Source: Cyanophora paradoxa CCMP329 (taxonomy: Eukaryota; Plantae; Glaucophyta). From it: DNA of 64,000 nt. The notes beneath the pieces are model-generated. The model had not been told where the DNA came from. It was given only the letters and a program-made list of their open reading frames with translations, and searched no databases. Positions 24,240-37,243 of this stretch are shown piece after piece. A program made the position numbers and the translations under genes. The stretch covers positions 186,001-250,000 of the forward strand of contig QPMI01000560.1 of assembly GCA_004431415.1 (NCBI GenBank). Reading direction: 5' to 3'. Position 1 is the stretch's first letter. The number at the start of each line of letters is the position of its first letter.

Positions 24240-25661
24240 ATGTCGAGGAGACAGCTAATACAGGTCCGCAGCCCGCATGCTTCTCCTGCGTTGGCCGCTG
24301 ATCCTCTCCTGCAGGTCTTTTTCGTTGTAATAGTGGCTGTGTACTTCCTGCCGCGCTTCATGGCCGCGTTTGCGAGAACGCGGACAGGCACGCGCCCCCC
24401 TCTCGTCCCCCGCTGAGAGGCTGAGCCGAACGACGCAGCAGCGGATGGCCGAGCGCTCAACGACCTCATGGCCCCTCCCGACGAGCTGCCGCTCTACTCG
24501 GACGTTGAGAAGTGGCGGAACGCAGCATACACGCGCTTCCTGTCCGCGTTCGTGTCGAGCTCGGGCGGAAAGTCGCCGAGCGGGGAGGCGTTCGAGCACG
24601 GCTGGCACTACATCCGGAGCGGCGACGTAAAGAACGCCGTCAAGATGTTCAACCACGTATGTCCCCGCTTTTCGCCGCGAGTCCCGAACGCGCTGCGCGT
24701 TCCTCACGCCGCGCCCGCGCAGGCCTGGATCCTCGTGCGGCAGGCCTGCCCGCTGCTCCCGCGCCGCCGCCTCACGCAGGGGCCGGGCGGCGCAGGACCC
24801 GGAGAACCCGGACGTGTACCGGGGCTTCGCGGCGTCGCTGAACATGAAGGGGATGCACGACACGGCCCTCCGCTTCTTCGCCGAGGCGCACGTCCGCAGC
24901 CCGCTGAACACCACGTGCGCCCCGCCCGCTCGCTCCGGCCCCTTTCCAATCCTCTGACCGCGCGGTTCGTGCAGCGTCCTCATCGAGTTCGGGTGAGCAC
25001 TGCGGGCGGGGCGGGGCGGAGGGCGCTGGGCTGCGGGGCGGGGCGCCGCGGGGCGCGGGGGCGGCGCTGAGGGCGGTGGCGGGGCGCAGGCGGACGTACC
25101 TGCTGGCGGCGCGGCGGCGGGCGATGCTGGAGCGCAAGGAGAAGCCCGACGGGGCCCTCCTCGAGCGCGCCGTCATCTGCTTCCGCCGCGTCCGCCCGCC
25201 CCGCCCCGCCACGCCCCGCCCCGCCCCGCTCTCGCGCCCGGCGCCGACGGGCCGCAGGCGCTCGAGCTCAACTGCACCGAGCCGCTGCTCTACTTCTCCT
25301 ACGTGCGCCCGTCCCTTCCCGCCACGCCCGGCACCGCGCGCCCGGAACCGGGCGCCGAGGGGCGCGGCAGGCGGAGGCGGTGTTCTTCCAGGAGGAGTAC
25401 GCGGAGGCGTGGCAGTGGGCGGCGGAGGCGGAGCAGGCGGCCGGGACGACGCTGGGCGACGTCTTCACCTCCGAGGGGCGCCAGTTCGTCGAGGCCCTCA
25501 CCAAGAAGCTGCCCCGCCCCGCCGCCGTGAAGCCACCCAAGGCCCCCGCCAAGGCGGCCGGCGCCCTGCCCGTCGTCGTCGGGCGCGGCCTCCTCGAGGA
25601 GCTCGGCCTCCCCGCCGGGGGGCGAATACGGCCGCCCTCGCCCAGCGACTTCGAGGGGTAG
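24240..25661 (+). CDS. TPR-repeat protein with N-terminal hydrophobic anchor/signal
   Basis: Spliced: MSRRQLIQ/VFFVVIVAVYFLPRF..., GWHYIRSGDVKNAVKMFNH/AWIL/DPENPDVYRGFA, ALELNCTEPLLYFSY/AEAVFFQEEYAEAW. Confidence 0.7.
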
Positions 25662-25991
25662 CGCTCCCCGCCGCCCCGTGTACACTATCGTTCTTAGTAG
25701 CTATATCAGTGAAACCTTGAGACTCGCGAACGCCTCCAGCTCGGCACCCAGACTTCAGGCAGGGGGGGGGATTAGAGGGGAGTACGTGATCACTGAAGCA
25801 ACTTCGCAACTCTTGATTCCTTGCATGCGCAGTCCCGGCGTCGTCCCTATTTGCAGAAGCTAAGCTCCAGTGACAAGTCCGTTGCAGCTCAGGCGCGCCT
25901 TGGAAATAGCTAGAGTAAGGCAGCTGTGGCCGACACCAACCCCAGCGAGAGGTAGCCGGCTAGAGCAGCAATGGGGCTCGGCACGGCCATC

Positions 25992-27823
25992 ATGGAGGAT
26001 CCTGTGCCGCTGCCCTGGTTTGACTCGGTCACGCGCTCTCCGGTCCTGCCGCCGGCGGCTGCCCAGCACGAAGAGCCGCTCCTCGTCTTCGAGACGCTCA
26101 GCAGCCTCATCCCGCCGTCATCTTCGGCAGCCAGCCTCTCCATGCTGGGATCGCCCTCTCGGCCATTCAGGTATTCAGGCCCCGCGCCCGCCCGCTGTGA
26201 GTTCTGAGCGCGCTCCAGCGCGAGCGCGGCGAGGATAAGGCAGCCGGTCGCCCTCCAAAAACACAGGCTCGGGGTCGGAGGCTATCCGGTTATTCGCGCG
26301 CCGGCGCGGACGCTGGAGCTGAGCGACCCCTTGTCGCCGATGCGGACGCCGCCCGCCGCTTCCTCGGCCCGCACCCTCATGCGGTCGCCTCCCTCGGCGC
26401 ACCCCATCTCCCACCTCGCCCCGCGTGCGTGGCCCCGACCGTGGCGCAAGGCCCCAGCGCCCGCCTCACAGCATCGCCGCAGCATCGCCCCAGCCGCACC
26501 CCTCCTCCCCCCACCGGGCGGCCTCGCCCGGGGGCGCAGACAGCGAGGGCAACACGCCGGTGCGCACGCGCGTGCGCGGGCGAGGGGCCCCCGCTGGGGC
26601 CGCGGCCGGGCGCCCGAGCCGCCCCGCGCCAGATCCACCACAAGGACCCGTACGTGGAGAGCCTCATCTCGCGCTGGGAGGCCGCCATGTCGCCCCTCGT
26701 CTGCAGCGCCCAGAAGCCCACCCTCGAGGCCCGCCCGCCCCGCCCCGCCCCGGCCCGCCCTGGGCCCCCCGGCCTCCGCTGAGGGCGGCGGCAGGGTTTG
26801 AGGGCGGCGCTGAAGGAGCGGTCGTCGTGGGGCGCGCGCGGCGTCCTCCGCTCCTACTCGGCCGCCGAGCTCGCCGCCCACGAGGCCTTCCCCGGCAGGA
26901 AGCTCTTCGGCCTCGACGAGGAGGGCGGGGGCCCCGCCCCGCGCGGCCCCCGCCCCGGCACGTCCCCCATGGGCGGGAGCCCCGCCCGCGGCCTGCGGCG
27001 CATGGCCCGCGGGGCGCAGACGCAGTCGGCGTCGAGCCTCCCGCGGCGGGCCCCGCCGCCGCCGCCGTCGCCGCCGCCGGCGGTGGACGCCGAGGAGGCG
27101 GCGATGGCGGCGGAGATGGAGGCGGCGCGGCGGCGGAAGCCGTTCCGCGTGGACCCGAAGCACCCGCGGATGACGCGGGCGGCGATCATGCGGGAGGGGG
27201 CCTCCCGCGACAAGCTCCGCGACTTCGAGCTCTGGCGCATCAAGACGGCGGAGACGAGGAGCAGGAAGGAGGAGGAGGCGGCGCGGGCGGCCGAGTTCGA
27301 CCCGATGGCGCAGCAGCGGCGGCGGAGCTCGGCGCTGGAGGCGGAGGAGCTGGCGAAGGCGAACCACGTGATCCGCAAGGCGGCGCTGGACGAGGAGCGG
27401 CTCAAGGCCATGGAGGCGATGCGGGAGGAGATCGCCGAGTTCATCGTCCGCCGCCCCAAGCGCACCGACGCCCCCCACGCCGCCATGCGCAAGAAGTCCC
27501 AGGAGGAGGAGGAGGCCGAGGAGGCCACGCGGCAGCGCTTTGGCATCCCCTCCGCCTCAGAGGTGGCGGCCATCACGGCCCTCTCGGCGGACCTGCAGCG
27601 GCGCAAGCTGCAGCTGCTCGAGGAGGAGCTGGTGACGAAGATGGCGGAGACGCTGCGCTCGGGGGACGAGGAGAGCTTCCTCGCCATCTACGACCTCATC
27701 CCCGACGTCTTCGAGTCGAAGCGCGTGTACCAGATGAAGGCCCGCGCCCGCCGCCTCGCGGGTTTAGCAGCCTTGACAAAAACGGCCGACGAGGTGTTCG
27801 TCGACGATACCTCCCGCGCCTAG
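25992..27823 (+). CDS. Unknown coiled-coil protein
   Basis: Long final exon with charged helical sequence (RDKLRDFELWRIK..., LQRRKLQLLEEELV). Short upstream exons are bounded by splice signals. Confidence 0.55.
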
Positions 27824-28076
27824 CCGCCCACACACCCCCGCCCCCTTCCTCTCGATCTATTGCCTGTGTATGCATCCGCGAATCGTCATCCGATCCGCGT
27901 TTCGGAGCTCGATGGCGCTGGCACATTCGCAACGCTCAGCCTTGCTTGCTTTCGGGGCGTCATTCGTGAGCGGGGGTAGCTAAAGGTGCATTCAGAGATC
28001 GCGGCGGGTACAGGAGGCGGGCTCTGTGCATGTACAGGGTTGGGGCGGGGCTGGCGCGCGGGGGCGCGGGGCGGCC

Positions 28077-31000
28077 TCAGAACTCGAGGAAGATGCGTTT
28101 CTTGCCGTTCTCCCCGATGCGGTACTCCAGGCTCCGCGTGTTGGGGAAGAAGGGCAGCTGGGGGGGAGCGGGCGTCGGGCAACGAAGAGGGGGAGGGGCG
28201 GGGAGGGGAGGGCGGACCGGCTGGCCGACGAGGGCCTCGTAGTTGCGGCGGATGTGGGCGATGACCGAGCCCTGCGGGTCGCCCCGCAGGAGGTAGTCCC
28301 GGTCGCTCGGGATGTGCAGCGCGAAGCGCTTGTCACCCTGCCCCGCCGCGCTCACCCGCGCGATGCTCACCAGGTCCACCCGCCAGTCCAGCTTCATCGT
28401 CCTGCGGCCCCGCGTGAGCGCTTGGAGCCGGCGCGCGGGGCGGGGCGCGGGGCGGGGCGCCGCACTTGGGGGCGAGGGCGTAGACGGCGCGGTCGGTGAC
28501 GGCGATGACCTGCGGCTCGGGCTTGCCGCTCCGGTAGCCGATCTTCTCGAGCTGCTCGCTGTACGTGACGGTCTCCTGGGTGCCGCCCTCGGCGCGCAGG
28601 ACGCGCTGCAGGGCGGGGTTGGCGCCCAGGCGCAGGTGGTCCCCGCTCTGCTGCAGCGTCGCCCGCAGGCTCGCGTTCGCGGCGAGGAACTGGCTCGACG
28701 TCGCCTCGCCCTCCGCCGGCGAGCCCGTCGACCGCGGCGGCTGCTGCTGCGCCGCCGCCGCCGCCGGCATTGCCAGCGTGACGTCGCCGGGGCCGGCGGG
28801 GCGCTGGAAGGCCGACTGCTGGGGGCCCGGGCCCGGGGCGGGCGGGGCCGGCGCCCTCGGGGAAGTCGAGGCGGCGGGGGGCGCGGGGCTGCTGGATGCG
28901 CGACTGCACGCTCGCCTGCAGCGCCTCAAGGCTCGCCCCGGCGGCAGCGAGCCCGAGCCCTCCTCGAACGAGCGCCGCCCCGCGAACGGCCCCTGCGGCG
29001 GCTGCAGCGGCGCCTGCATCGTCGGCTGCGGCTGCAGCGGCGCCTGCAGCGGCTGCGGCGGCGGCGGCGGAGGCTGGGCGGGCTGGAGGAGGGGCGGCGG
29101 GGCGCGGAAGGCGGAGGAGTGCGGGTGGGCCTGGACGGGGGAGAGGGCGCGGGAGCGGCGGGCCTCCTCGAGGGCGGCGCGCTCGCGGGCGAGCTCCTGC
29201 ACGATCTCGCGCTCCTTGGCGAGCTGCCGGCGCCGGCGGCGGGCGCGCTGGCGCCAGAGGACGTAGCGCCACCACGCCTGGATCTTGAAGGCGGCCGCGT
29301 GGCGCCGCTGCATCACCTCCATCGAGCGCGCGTTCGGGCGCTGCCGCTGCGGGAGCCGGCTCGGGTGCTGCACCCGCGGCGGCGACGCCGAGTACCCAGG
29401 GGCCGGGGCCTCATCGCGGGCCCCAAGCTGGCTGCTCTTGGGGCCCGCCACGGAGTTTTTTGGCTGGGCCTGGGTCTGGGGCGCCCGCTGCTGGGAGGCG
29501 CGCATGGGGGAGACCCCCGTGTTGGTCCGGTTCCGCACGGGGCTTGTGCTCACCGACGGCGGCACGCTCTCCCCGAACGCGCTCCCCGCCCGGCTCCCAG
29601 CCGGCCGCCCCTGCCGCGACGCCCGCACCGGCACCGGCTGCCGCGCCGCCTGCACCCCGTACGGGTCCTGCCCCCCGCCGCCCCCGCCGGGCCCGCCCCC
29701 GCCGCCGCCGCCCGAGCCGGGGAAGGTGACGCGGTTGCTCTTCGGGCTGGGCGGCTTGTTGTCGACGCCGAGGAGGGCGCGCACGCTCTCCACGCCGGCC
29801 CGCAGCAGCTTCATCGCGGGGTTCTCCTCCTCCTCCGGCTGCTGCTGCGCCGGGTACGTCGGCGTGTACCCCCCCGGCGCCCCGTAGGTCCCGATCTGGG
29901 GCTGCTGCTGCGGGGCGTAGGCGCCCTGAGGCGGGGCCCCGTACGCGGGGGCCGGCTGGTACTGCTGCGGCATGCCGTACGCCTGCTGCAGGGCCGCCGT
30001 GTACGGCTGCGCCCCGTACGGTAGCGCACCCGCGCCAGGGGCCGCCCAGACGTTCGGCGCCTGCAACGGCGGCGGCTGCGCGGGGCCGGGCCCGAGGCCC
30101 GGGCCGCCGCTGCGGGAGGCGGCGCCGTAGACGCCGGCGGCGGTCGGGGGCGCGACGCGGGGCGGCTGTGCTGCTCCATGGCCGAGGGGCGAGACTGAGG
30201 CCGCCCGGGCTGGCGGGGCCAGCGGGGCGAACGGCTCCGAGTCGACGTGGATCTGGCGGGCGTCTTGCGCCCCTCGGCGGCGGCCTGCGCGGCGGCGGCG
30301 GCGCGGTCGGCGGCCCTGTCGGCGGCGCGGTCGGCGGCGCGCTCAGCGGCGCGGTCGGCGGCGTCCTGCTGGGCGGCGGCCTCCTGGGCCTGCTGGAGGA
30401 GCTGCTGGGAGAGGCCCGAGGGGGTGCGGGCGACCCACTTGTTGTCCAGCTCCGCGATCTCCAGGTTCGCGTCCTCCAGCTCGGCCCGCAGCAGGTAGAT
30501 CTCGTCCGTCGTCTCGCCCCGGGCCGCGAGCTGGGCCATGAGGGAGGAGAGCTGCGCCGCCGTCTCCTGCAGCATCTCGACCTTGCGCGTGTCGGCGGCG
30601 AACTCGAGGTTGTCGAGCTCGCCCTTCAGCTCGTCCTGCTCGTTCCGCAGCGCCTCGAGGTTCGTCAGGATGCCGTCCATCGTCGCCCCGATGTTGTGCA
30701 GCTCCATCTCGTACCGCGACTGCCCGCCCGCCCGCCGCGTCAGAGAGGGGCGGGGCGGGGCGAGCGAGCGGGGGCGGGCGGCGGGCTCGCCTTCTCCTCG
30801 CGGAGGGCCTTCATGGAGGCCTCGAGCTCGGTGGTGCGGCGGATCTGGCTCACGGGCGCCCCGCCCGCCTCCCGCGTCGCCGCCACCCCCTCCGCCTTCT
30901 CCTTGTGCAGCGCCACCTTGTTCACTGCGCGCGGGGAAAAGGCGTGAGCGCCTGGCCGAGCGGCGCGGGGCGGGGCGGGGCGGGGCGCACTGGTCTTGAA

Positions 31001-33246
31001 GAGGAGGCCGGTGAGGGCCTTCTCGCGCTCGAGCTCGGGGATGTGGGCGTCGAGCTCGGCGACCTTGAGCTTGTACTGCGCCGCCTCGCGCTGCAGGTTG
31101 AGGAGGCGGCGGGAGAGGCGGTCCTGCTCCTCCTCGTTCTTGCGCATGCGGGCCTTGGCCTCGTCGATCCCCTTCTTCTCCTCCTCGTACATGACGCGGA
31201 GCTGCTGGCGGCGCTGGATGGCGTCCCCGATGAGCTTGTTCCGCTCCAGCGCGATCTTCACGTAGGCGTTCATCGCGTCGATCTCCGTCTGGATCTGGTT
31301 CACCCCCTCGTTGAGCAGCAGGTCCTCGGACCGCAGCTTCTCCATCTCCTCCTCGAGCCGCGCCTGCTCCGCCCGCAGCGCCTCCTCGTCCCGCGCGCAC
31401 TCCCCCTCCAGGTCCTGGATGTCCTGCCGCTTCTGCGACAGCCGCTGCAGGTGCGGCGCGTATCTGGCCCCACGCCCCGCCCCGTCAGCGCCCGCCCCGG
31501 CCCGCGGCGGCGCGACGCGGGGGCGGCTCGCCTGGCCTCCTCGGCGCGGATGCGCTCGTTGGCGGAGTTGATGGTGTTCTTGCAGGCGTTCTGCTCGTCC
31601 TGCTTGGCGCGGACGAGCTGCATGAGGGCGTCGATCTCGGCCTGCAGCGAGTCCGACTTGGTGGAGGCCTTGTCGCGCTCGGAGACGAGGTCCTTGGTGT
31701 TGTCCGCGATGGCCCCCTGGATCTCCCCCTCCTCCTCCTCCACCAGCTGCAGGTCCAGCTCCACGTGGCTCCGGATGCTCCGGATCCGCTCCGACTCCGC
31801 CTGGATCGCGTCCTGCGCCCCCGCCGCCCCTCAGCCCCCGCGGGGGCGCGGCGCGGGGCCGGGCGGGGCGGGGGCGGGGGCGTGCCTGGCGGCGGACGGT
31901 GTCGGCGGTGCGGGCCTCCCAGTAGGCCTCACGCTGGGACTCGTTCTGGAACTTGAGGTCCGCCAGCCGCGTCGCGCACTGCTGCTGGATCCGGTTCTCC
32001 TCCTGCGAGAGCTTCACCTGCGCCCGCGCCCAGGGTCAGCGCGCCGGCGGGGCCCGGGCGGGGCGGGGGCGGGCGGGCCTTCTGGGCGAGGAGGTCCTCG
32101 TAGTCCTGGATGGCGATGGAGTACTCGCGCTCGAGGGCGGCCATCTTCTCCTTCAGGCGGTCCTCCTCGGCCATCAGGCCCTGGGCGACCTCGAAGTGCT
32201 CCTGGTTGATCGCCGCCTCCTGCGCGTCCTCGTTCGCCCGCAGCGACGACAGCAGCTGGTTGATCTGCCGCTTCAGCTGCCGCCGCTCGTCGATCGAGCG
32301 CCGCTGCCGCCCCCCGAGCGCCGCCCACTGCTGCCGCAGGAGGTCCAGCTCCCGCTCCGCCTGCATGCGGATCCGCTTTGCCTGCTCTTTTGGAGGAAGG
32401 AGCTCCGTCGCCGGCTGCGGAGTCGGCTGCTGCAGCGAGGGCCTCGTCCCCAGACCCGCCGCCGCCGCCGCGGAAGAAGGAACGCGCCCCGGCGAGGGGT
32501 CCCTCCGACCACTGAGAGCGCCAGCACCACCCGAGGACGAATACGACGCATCAGCGCCGACATTCTTCAGCTCGGGAACCCGATACGACGCCTGCGGGCC
32601 GCTCACGCTGACCGCTGGACTCGTGCCGGCCGGAGCCTGGCCGGGCTGGCCGGGAGCGCGACTTGAGCTAGGCGCGCTGGATCCTCCAATCGGCCCCGCT
32701 ACAGAGAACACAGATACTCCGCCGTCCTGGCTCTGGTGCGCAGCCAGTGAGCGCTCATGGACGAAAAACAAACTCTTGGCCCGCGCACTCGCTTCGGAGC
32801 GTCCCCTTGCGCCGGCTGCGAGCCGAAACCCGAAGAAGGCAGCTCCGAGAACTGCGGAAAGACGCACGGATCAGCTTGGGCAGGCGGGCGGAATTGATCG
32901 AGCTAAGCGATGAAACGAACCTTTGGTCCGGAGGAAGCTGCGGGAGCATCGGTTCGTAGCGTTCTGTCACTATCCCGCGATGCCCGCTCGGCTGCGGCGG
33001 TCTGCTCGAGCCTAGCTGGCTCCGATGTGGCCTCGGCCCTCGTCGCCGAGACTTCTCCACCGGGGCGGGGCGAGGGATCAGCCCTCGGCTTCGGCTGCTG
33101 CGACTGCCATGCCTGCGAGGCCCGGAAATCGTCAGCCTCGGGTGCCTCGGCGAGGCGTCTCGGCACCCCGCCCGAAAACTGCGAGGGGTCGGAAGCACCT
33201 TTCGCAAGGCTTCTAACTTCGCCTTTAGATCATCCGACGTCTGCAT
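28077..33246 (-). CDS. Coiled-coil + IQ motif + myosin tail homology 1 (TH1) protein with no motor domain (start approximate)
   Basis: UVR-like EAAINQEHFEVAQGL, long coiled coils, IQ motif AAFKIQAWWRYVLWR, and TH1-like YSEQLEKIGYRSGKPEPQVIAVTDRAVYAL...LVSIARVS...FALHIPSDRDYLL. Confidence 0.7.
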
Positions 33247-33372
33247 CGTCGTGCGTGCGCCGTGCTAGCAGGACATACCGTTGCCTGGTCGAAACTGCAT
33301 ACCCCCCGCCGATCGAGGAATGGCAGCGGAAGCGCCCTTGGTGGGCCTCTCGCGCTTCGTTAGGCCGGTGGC

Positions 33373-36300
33373 ATGGTGAGGATGCCCCCGGCGCAGCGCC
33401 CCAGCCCCTGCGCAGGTTCTTGACCGCGTGCTCTTCGGGGGCAGCGTGACGCGAAAGCCACGGGCCCCGTTCATCTCTGCGCTGCCGCTTAAGGCGCCGA
33501 AGAAGTGCGAGGGCGGCTGCTCCGAGAAGGACGATATTACCTCCCAAGCCTTCGCGTCCCTCGCCGCGCTGAAGGCTCTTGGCGTATTCGATGGATCGTG
33601 GGTGCGCGTGAAGCTAGTTCCCGCCCCGAGGAGCGCGGCTCAGTCTGCGCGCGCAGGTCAAGCTGCGGAGCGCCACCGGCTCGGCCTGCCGCGTCGTGCG
33701 CATGCACGCGCTTCCCAGGTGCGGTCCTGCGCGGGGCTTGCGTTCGCTGTTGGCACGCAGAGCGGTCCTGACGATGCGGCGCAGCGACGAATCGGCGGGG
33801 CTCGACTGGCTGCCGAGCGCGCCGTCGAGCGGGGAGGAGGACGAGCCGGCGGGCTCGTGCACGATCCTGCTGGCTCCGACGGCGTTCCTGGGCCTCGCGG
33901 GGGGCGCCATGGCCCTAGAGGTCCCCGTCCGCCTCGAGCTCGTCCCCGCCCCCGCCGGCCCGCCCTCCACCGCGCCCCTCGCCGCCTCCGGTTCGCCCCA
34001 GCCCGCCTCCGCCCCGCGCTGCCGCCCCGCGAGCCTCCCGCAGGTCTTCCGCAGGCGTCCGGCCTGGCGCTGGCGCCCATAGCGGCGCCCGGGCCGCCGC
34101 TGGTTTCGCCGGCCGAGGACGGCGCCCTGAGAGCCTATTTCGCGACGCCGCGCGTCGTCTACGCCAACGACGTCGTCACCGGTGCGCCGGCGCTCCGGCA
34201 GCGCGGGTCGGGCCGTGTCGACGTGTCGGTGGGGCCAGTGCGCGTCGGGCGGGAGGAGGCGGAGGCGGCGGAGGAGGAGGCGGGCGTGGCGGAGGTGGCG
34301 CGGGCCTGGGGCCCCGGCGCTCACGTCCGCAGCTTCCGCGTGCGCCCCGCCCGCCCGCGGGCGCACCGTTCCGGGCGGCGCCGGGAGTGCTGACGCGCGG
34401 GCCCCGCGCCGGCGCAGGTGCTGGACGTGACGACGGGGGACTACGGCGGGGCCGGCGTCGCCTCGGAAGCCACCGCGCTGAGCGTCCAAGCGGGGCCGTA
34501 CCCGGGCCCGAGCCGCCCCACGCCCCGACTTCCTCCTGGGGCCCGCCCCGGGCGAGCGTGCGCCGCCCCGCCCCGCCCCGCCCCGCCCCGCCCCTGCGCC
34601 GGGCCTCACGCGGGCGCAGCGGAGGACGAGGCGGTGGACGCGGCGTGCGGGCGCATCATGGAGGCCCTCTTCTCCTCCGCCGCCGAGGCCGCCGTCCTCC
34701 CCGCGCTGCTCCTCCTGCAGCCCACCGACTGCCCCGACGCCGACCCGGGCCCCCTCGCCCGGGCCGCCGCGCGCCGCCTGGGGCTTGCCTACATGGAGGA
34801 GGACGTTCTGACGCTGGACCCGTGGAACGGGCCGGCGCTACGGGTGAACGTGGAGCGTGTGCTCGAGCACGCGTCGGACTGCGCGGCGCTGCTGCTGCTG
34901 CGGGGCGGCCAGGCGGTGGCCCCCGAGGACGCCTCGCTCCAGCTCCCCGCCCTCCTGCGCGCCGCCGAGCGGGCCATCGCCGCCGACCCGCGCCCCGAGG
35001 CCCGCGCCCGCGCGAACCCCCGCGTCATCCTCCTCGCCTGCTGCCCCGAGGCCGAGACCGCCCCCGCCGCCCGCCTCCGCGCCGTCTTCGCCGCCGAGAT
35101 GCTCCTCCCCGTGCGCCCCGCCCGCCCGGCCCGCGGGCCCCCGCTGACGGGCCGCGCGCAGTCGGCGGACGACGCGGCGGCGGCGCGGGCGGCGGCGGCG
35201 CTGCTGCGGGCCCCGGCGACGCGGAAGCCCTCCGGCCCGACCTCCTCAGGGTCCGCGCGGGCCCCGGCCCCTCGCTTCGCCCGGGGGCGAGCGCGGGCGG
35301 CAGGGCCGGAGCGAGGCGGAGGCGGCGTGCGTGGCGGAGGACGCGGCGCTCCGGGTGGCGCGGCGGCTGCTGGCGGGCCCGAGCGAGGGCGCGGCGGCGG
35401 CGCCGCTGGCGGCGGAGGAGGCAGAGGCGGCGGCGGGGGAGGTGGTGGCGGCGGTGGCGGCCGGCTCGATCGGGCCGGCGCTGGTGCCGGACATCTCGTG
35501 GGAGGACGTCGGCGGCCTCGAGGAGGTCAAGCGCGAGGTCCTCGAGATCATCCAGGCCCGCCCCCGCTCCCGCCCCCTCCCCCCCCTCCCCCTCTTCCTC
35601 CTGACGCCGCCGGCAGCTGCCGCGGCAGCACGCCGAGCTCTTCGCCGCCGGCCAGATCTCTTCCGGTCCGCCCTCTTATCCGTCCTTTCAGCTCCGCTGA
35701 GCGCCCCGCAGCCGTGCTGCTCTTCGGGCCGCCCGGGTGCGGGAAGACGCTGGTGGCGAAGGCGGTGGCGGCGTGCTGCGGGAGCAGCTTCGTCTCCGTC
35801 AAGGGCCCGGAGCTCATCTCGAGCTACGTCGGCGAGAGCGAGCGGGGCGTGCGCGAGGTCTTCGCCCGGGCCCGCCGCGCCGCCCCCTGCGTCCTCTTCT
35901 TCGACGAGCTCGACGCGCTGGCCCCCGCGCGCGGCCGCACGGGCGACTCGGCCGGCGTGATGGACCGGGTCGTCTCCCAGCTGCTCGCCGAGTGGGACGC
36001 GGCGGCCCCGCACCGCCTCGTCGTCGTGGGGGCCACCAACCGGCCCGACCTGCTCGACCCCGCCCTCCTCCGCCCGGGCCGCTTCGACAAGCTGGTGTAC
36101 ATCCCCCCGCCGTCGGACGTGGCGGGGCAGGCGGCCGTGCTGCGGGCGCTCACCCGCAAGTTCCCCCTCGCCCCCGACGTCGACCTCGAGGCCGCCGTCC
36201 GCGCCACCGGCCACCCCGCCAACGCCCTCACCGGCGCCGACCTCTACGCCCTCGCCGCCGCCGCCTGGACCGCCGCCGCCCAGCAGGCCCTCGCCTCGGC

Positions 36301-36436
36301 GCCCCCGGGGGCCCCGCCCCCGCGCGTGGAGGTGCCGCAGGAGTGTCTGCTGGCCGCCGCCCGCACCCTCCGCCCCTCCGTCTCCCCCGCCGACCTCGCC
36401 CACTACGCCCGCTTTGCCGCCATGTCCCGCTCCTAG
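33373..36436 (+). CDS. PEX6: Peroxisomal AAA+ ATPase PEX6
   Basis: VPDISWEDVGGLEEVK, GPPGCGKTLVAKAVA, SVKGPEL, VGESE, PCVLFFDELDALAPARGRTGDSAGVMDRVVSQLLAE (PEX6-typical), LLRPGRFDKLVY. D1 domain degenerate. Confidence 0.85.
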
Positions 36437-36643
36437 CCTCGCCCCTGAATGCCTCCCTTGAATCCCTCTGGATCTGCTGCAACGGGGCTCATCCTACGTA
36501 AAAGAACTTCAGAAGAAGCCAGAGGCAGCTGGGGCTACCGGCGGAGCTCGGGCCTCGCAATACACTGTCGACGGCGGCGGCAACATGCGCTCGCTCTCGC
36601 CTAGCAGCGCGTCGTCGGGGCCGTCGGGAAGACACGGGAAAAG

Positions 36644-36716
36644 TGCCACCTTCGTGGATCGAACACGAGACCTTTAGATCTTCAGTCTAACGCTCTCCCA
36701 GCTGAGCTAAGGCGGC
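36644..36716 (-). tRNA. trnF-GAA: tRNA-Phe (GAA), copy 1
   Basis: Reverse complement GCCGCCTTAGCTCAGCTGGGAGAGCGTTAGACTGAAGATCTAAAGGTCTCGTGTTCGATCCACGAAGGTGGCA folds as a cloverleaf. A T-run follows downstream. Confidence 0.97.
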
Positions 36717-36877
36717 TTGAATTCTTCGCTCCGAATGAACTTGCAATATCTTATCGCGTGACTTGCCGCCTGCACATATGCATTGCGCATCTGCGAATGA
36801 AGTGCCTGCGGCGCATCAAAGAGCACATCGGAAACTGGACCCGGCCGGAATCGAAGGGCCGTCGAAAAAGCGAAAAT

Positions 36878-36950
36878 TGCCACCTTCGTGGATCGAACAC
36901 GAGACCTTTAGATCTTCAGTCTAACGCTCTCCCAGCTGAGCTAAGGCGGC
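36878..36950 (-). tRNA. trnF-GAA: tRNA-Phe (GAA), copy 2
   Basis: Identical 73-nt copy 234 bp away, also followed by a T-run (Pol III terminator). Confidence 0.97.
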
Positions 36951-37243
36951 TTGTGGAAGATGGATCCACTGCGTTGTCCCATGCCGTCCTGGACCAACCT
37001 CCGAATTCGGGGCGGAAGGCTTCAGCCTGTAGGGCGCTCGTCCATAGCTAAGCATCAGCAGCGCAGACGCGCCGGCGTGTCATCGCAACTTGGCAACGCG
37101 CTCAAACTCGGACGTCCATTGCAGAGCGCAGCTCGTCAATCGCGGCTCGAGCGCAGCAGTTAGGGCCGCTATCGGACGAGACCTGTAGCGCTAGCCAGCA
37201 GAATCGAAAACGATGGTTTGAGAAGCGTTCCGAAGTGTGAAGA

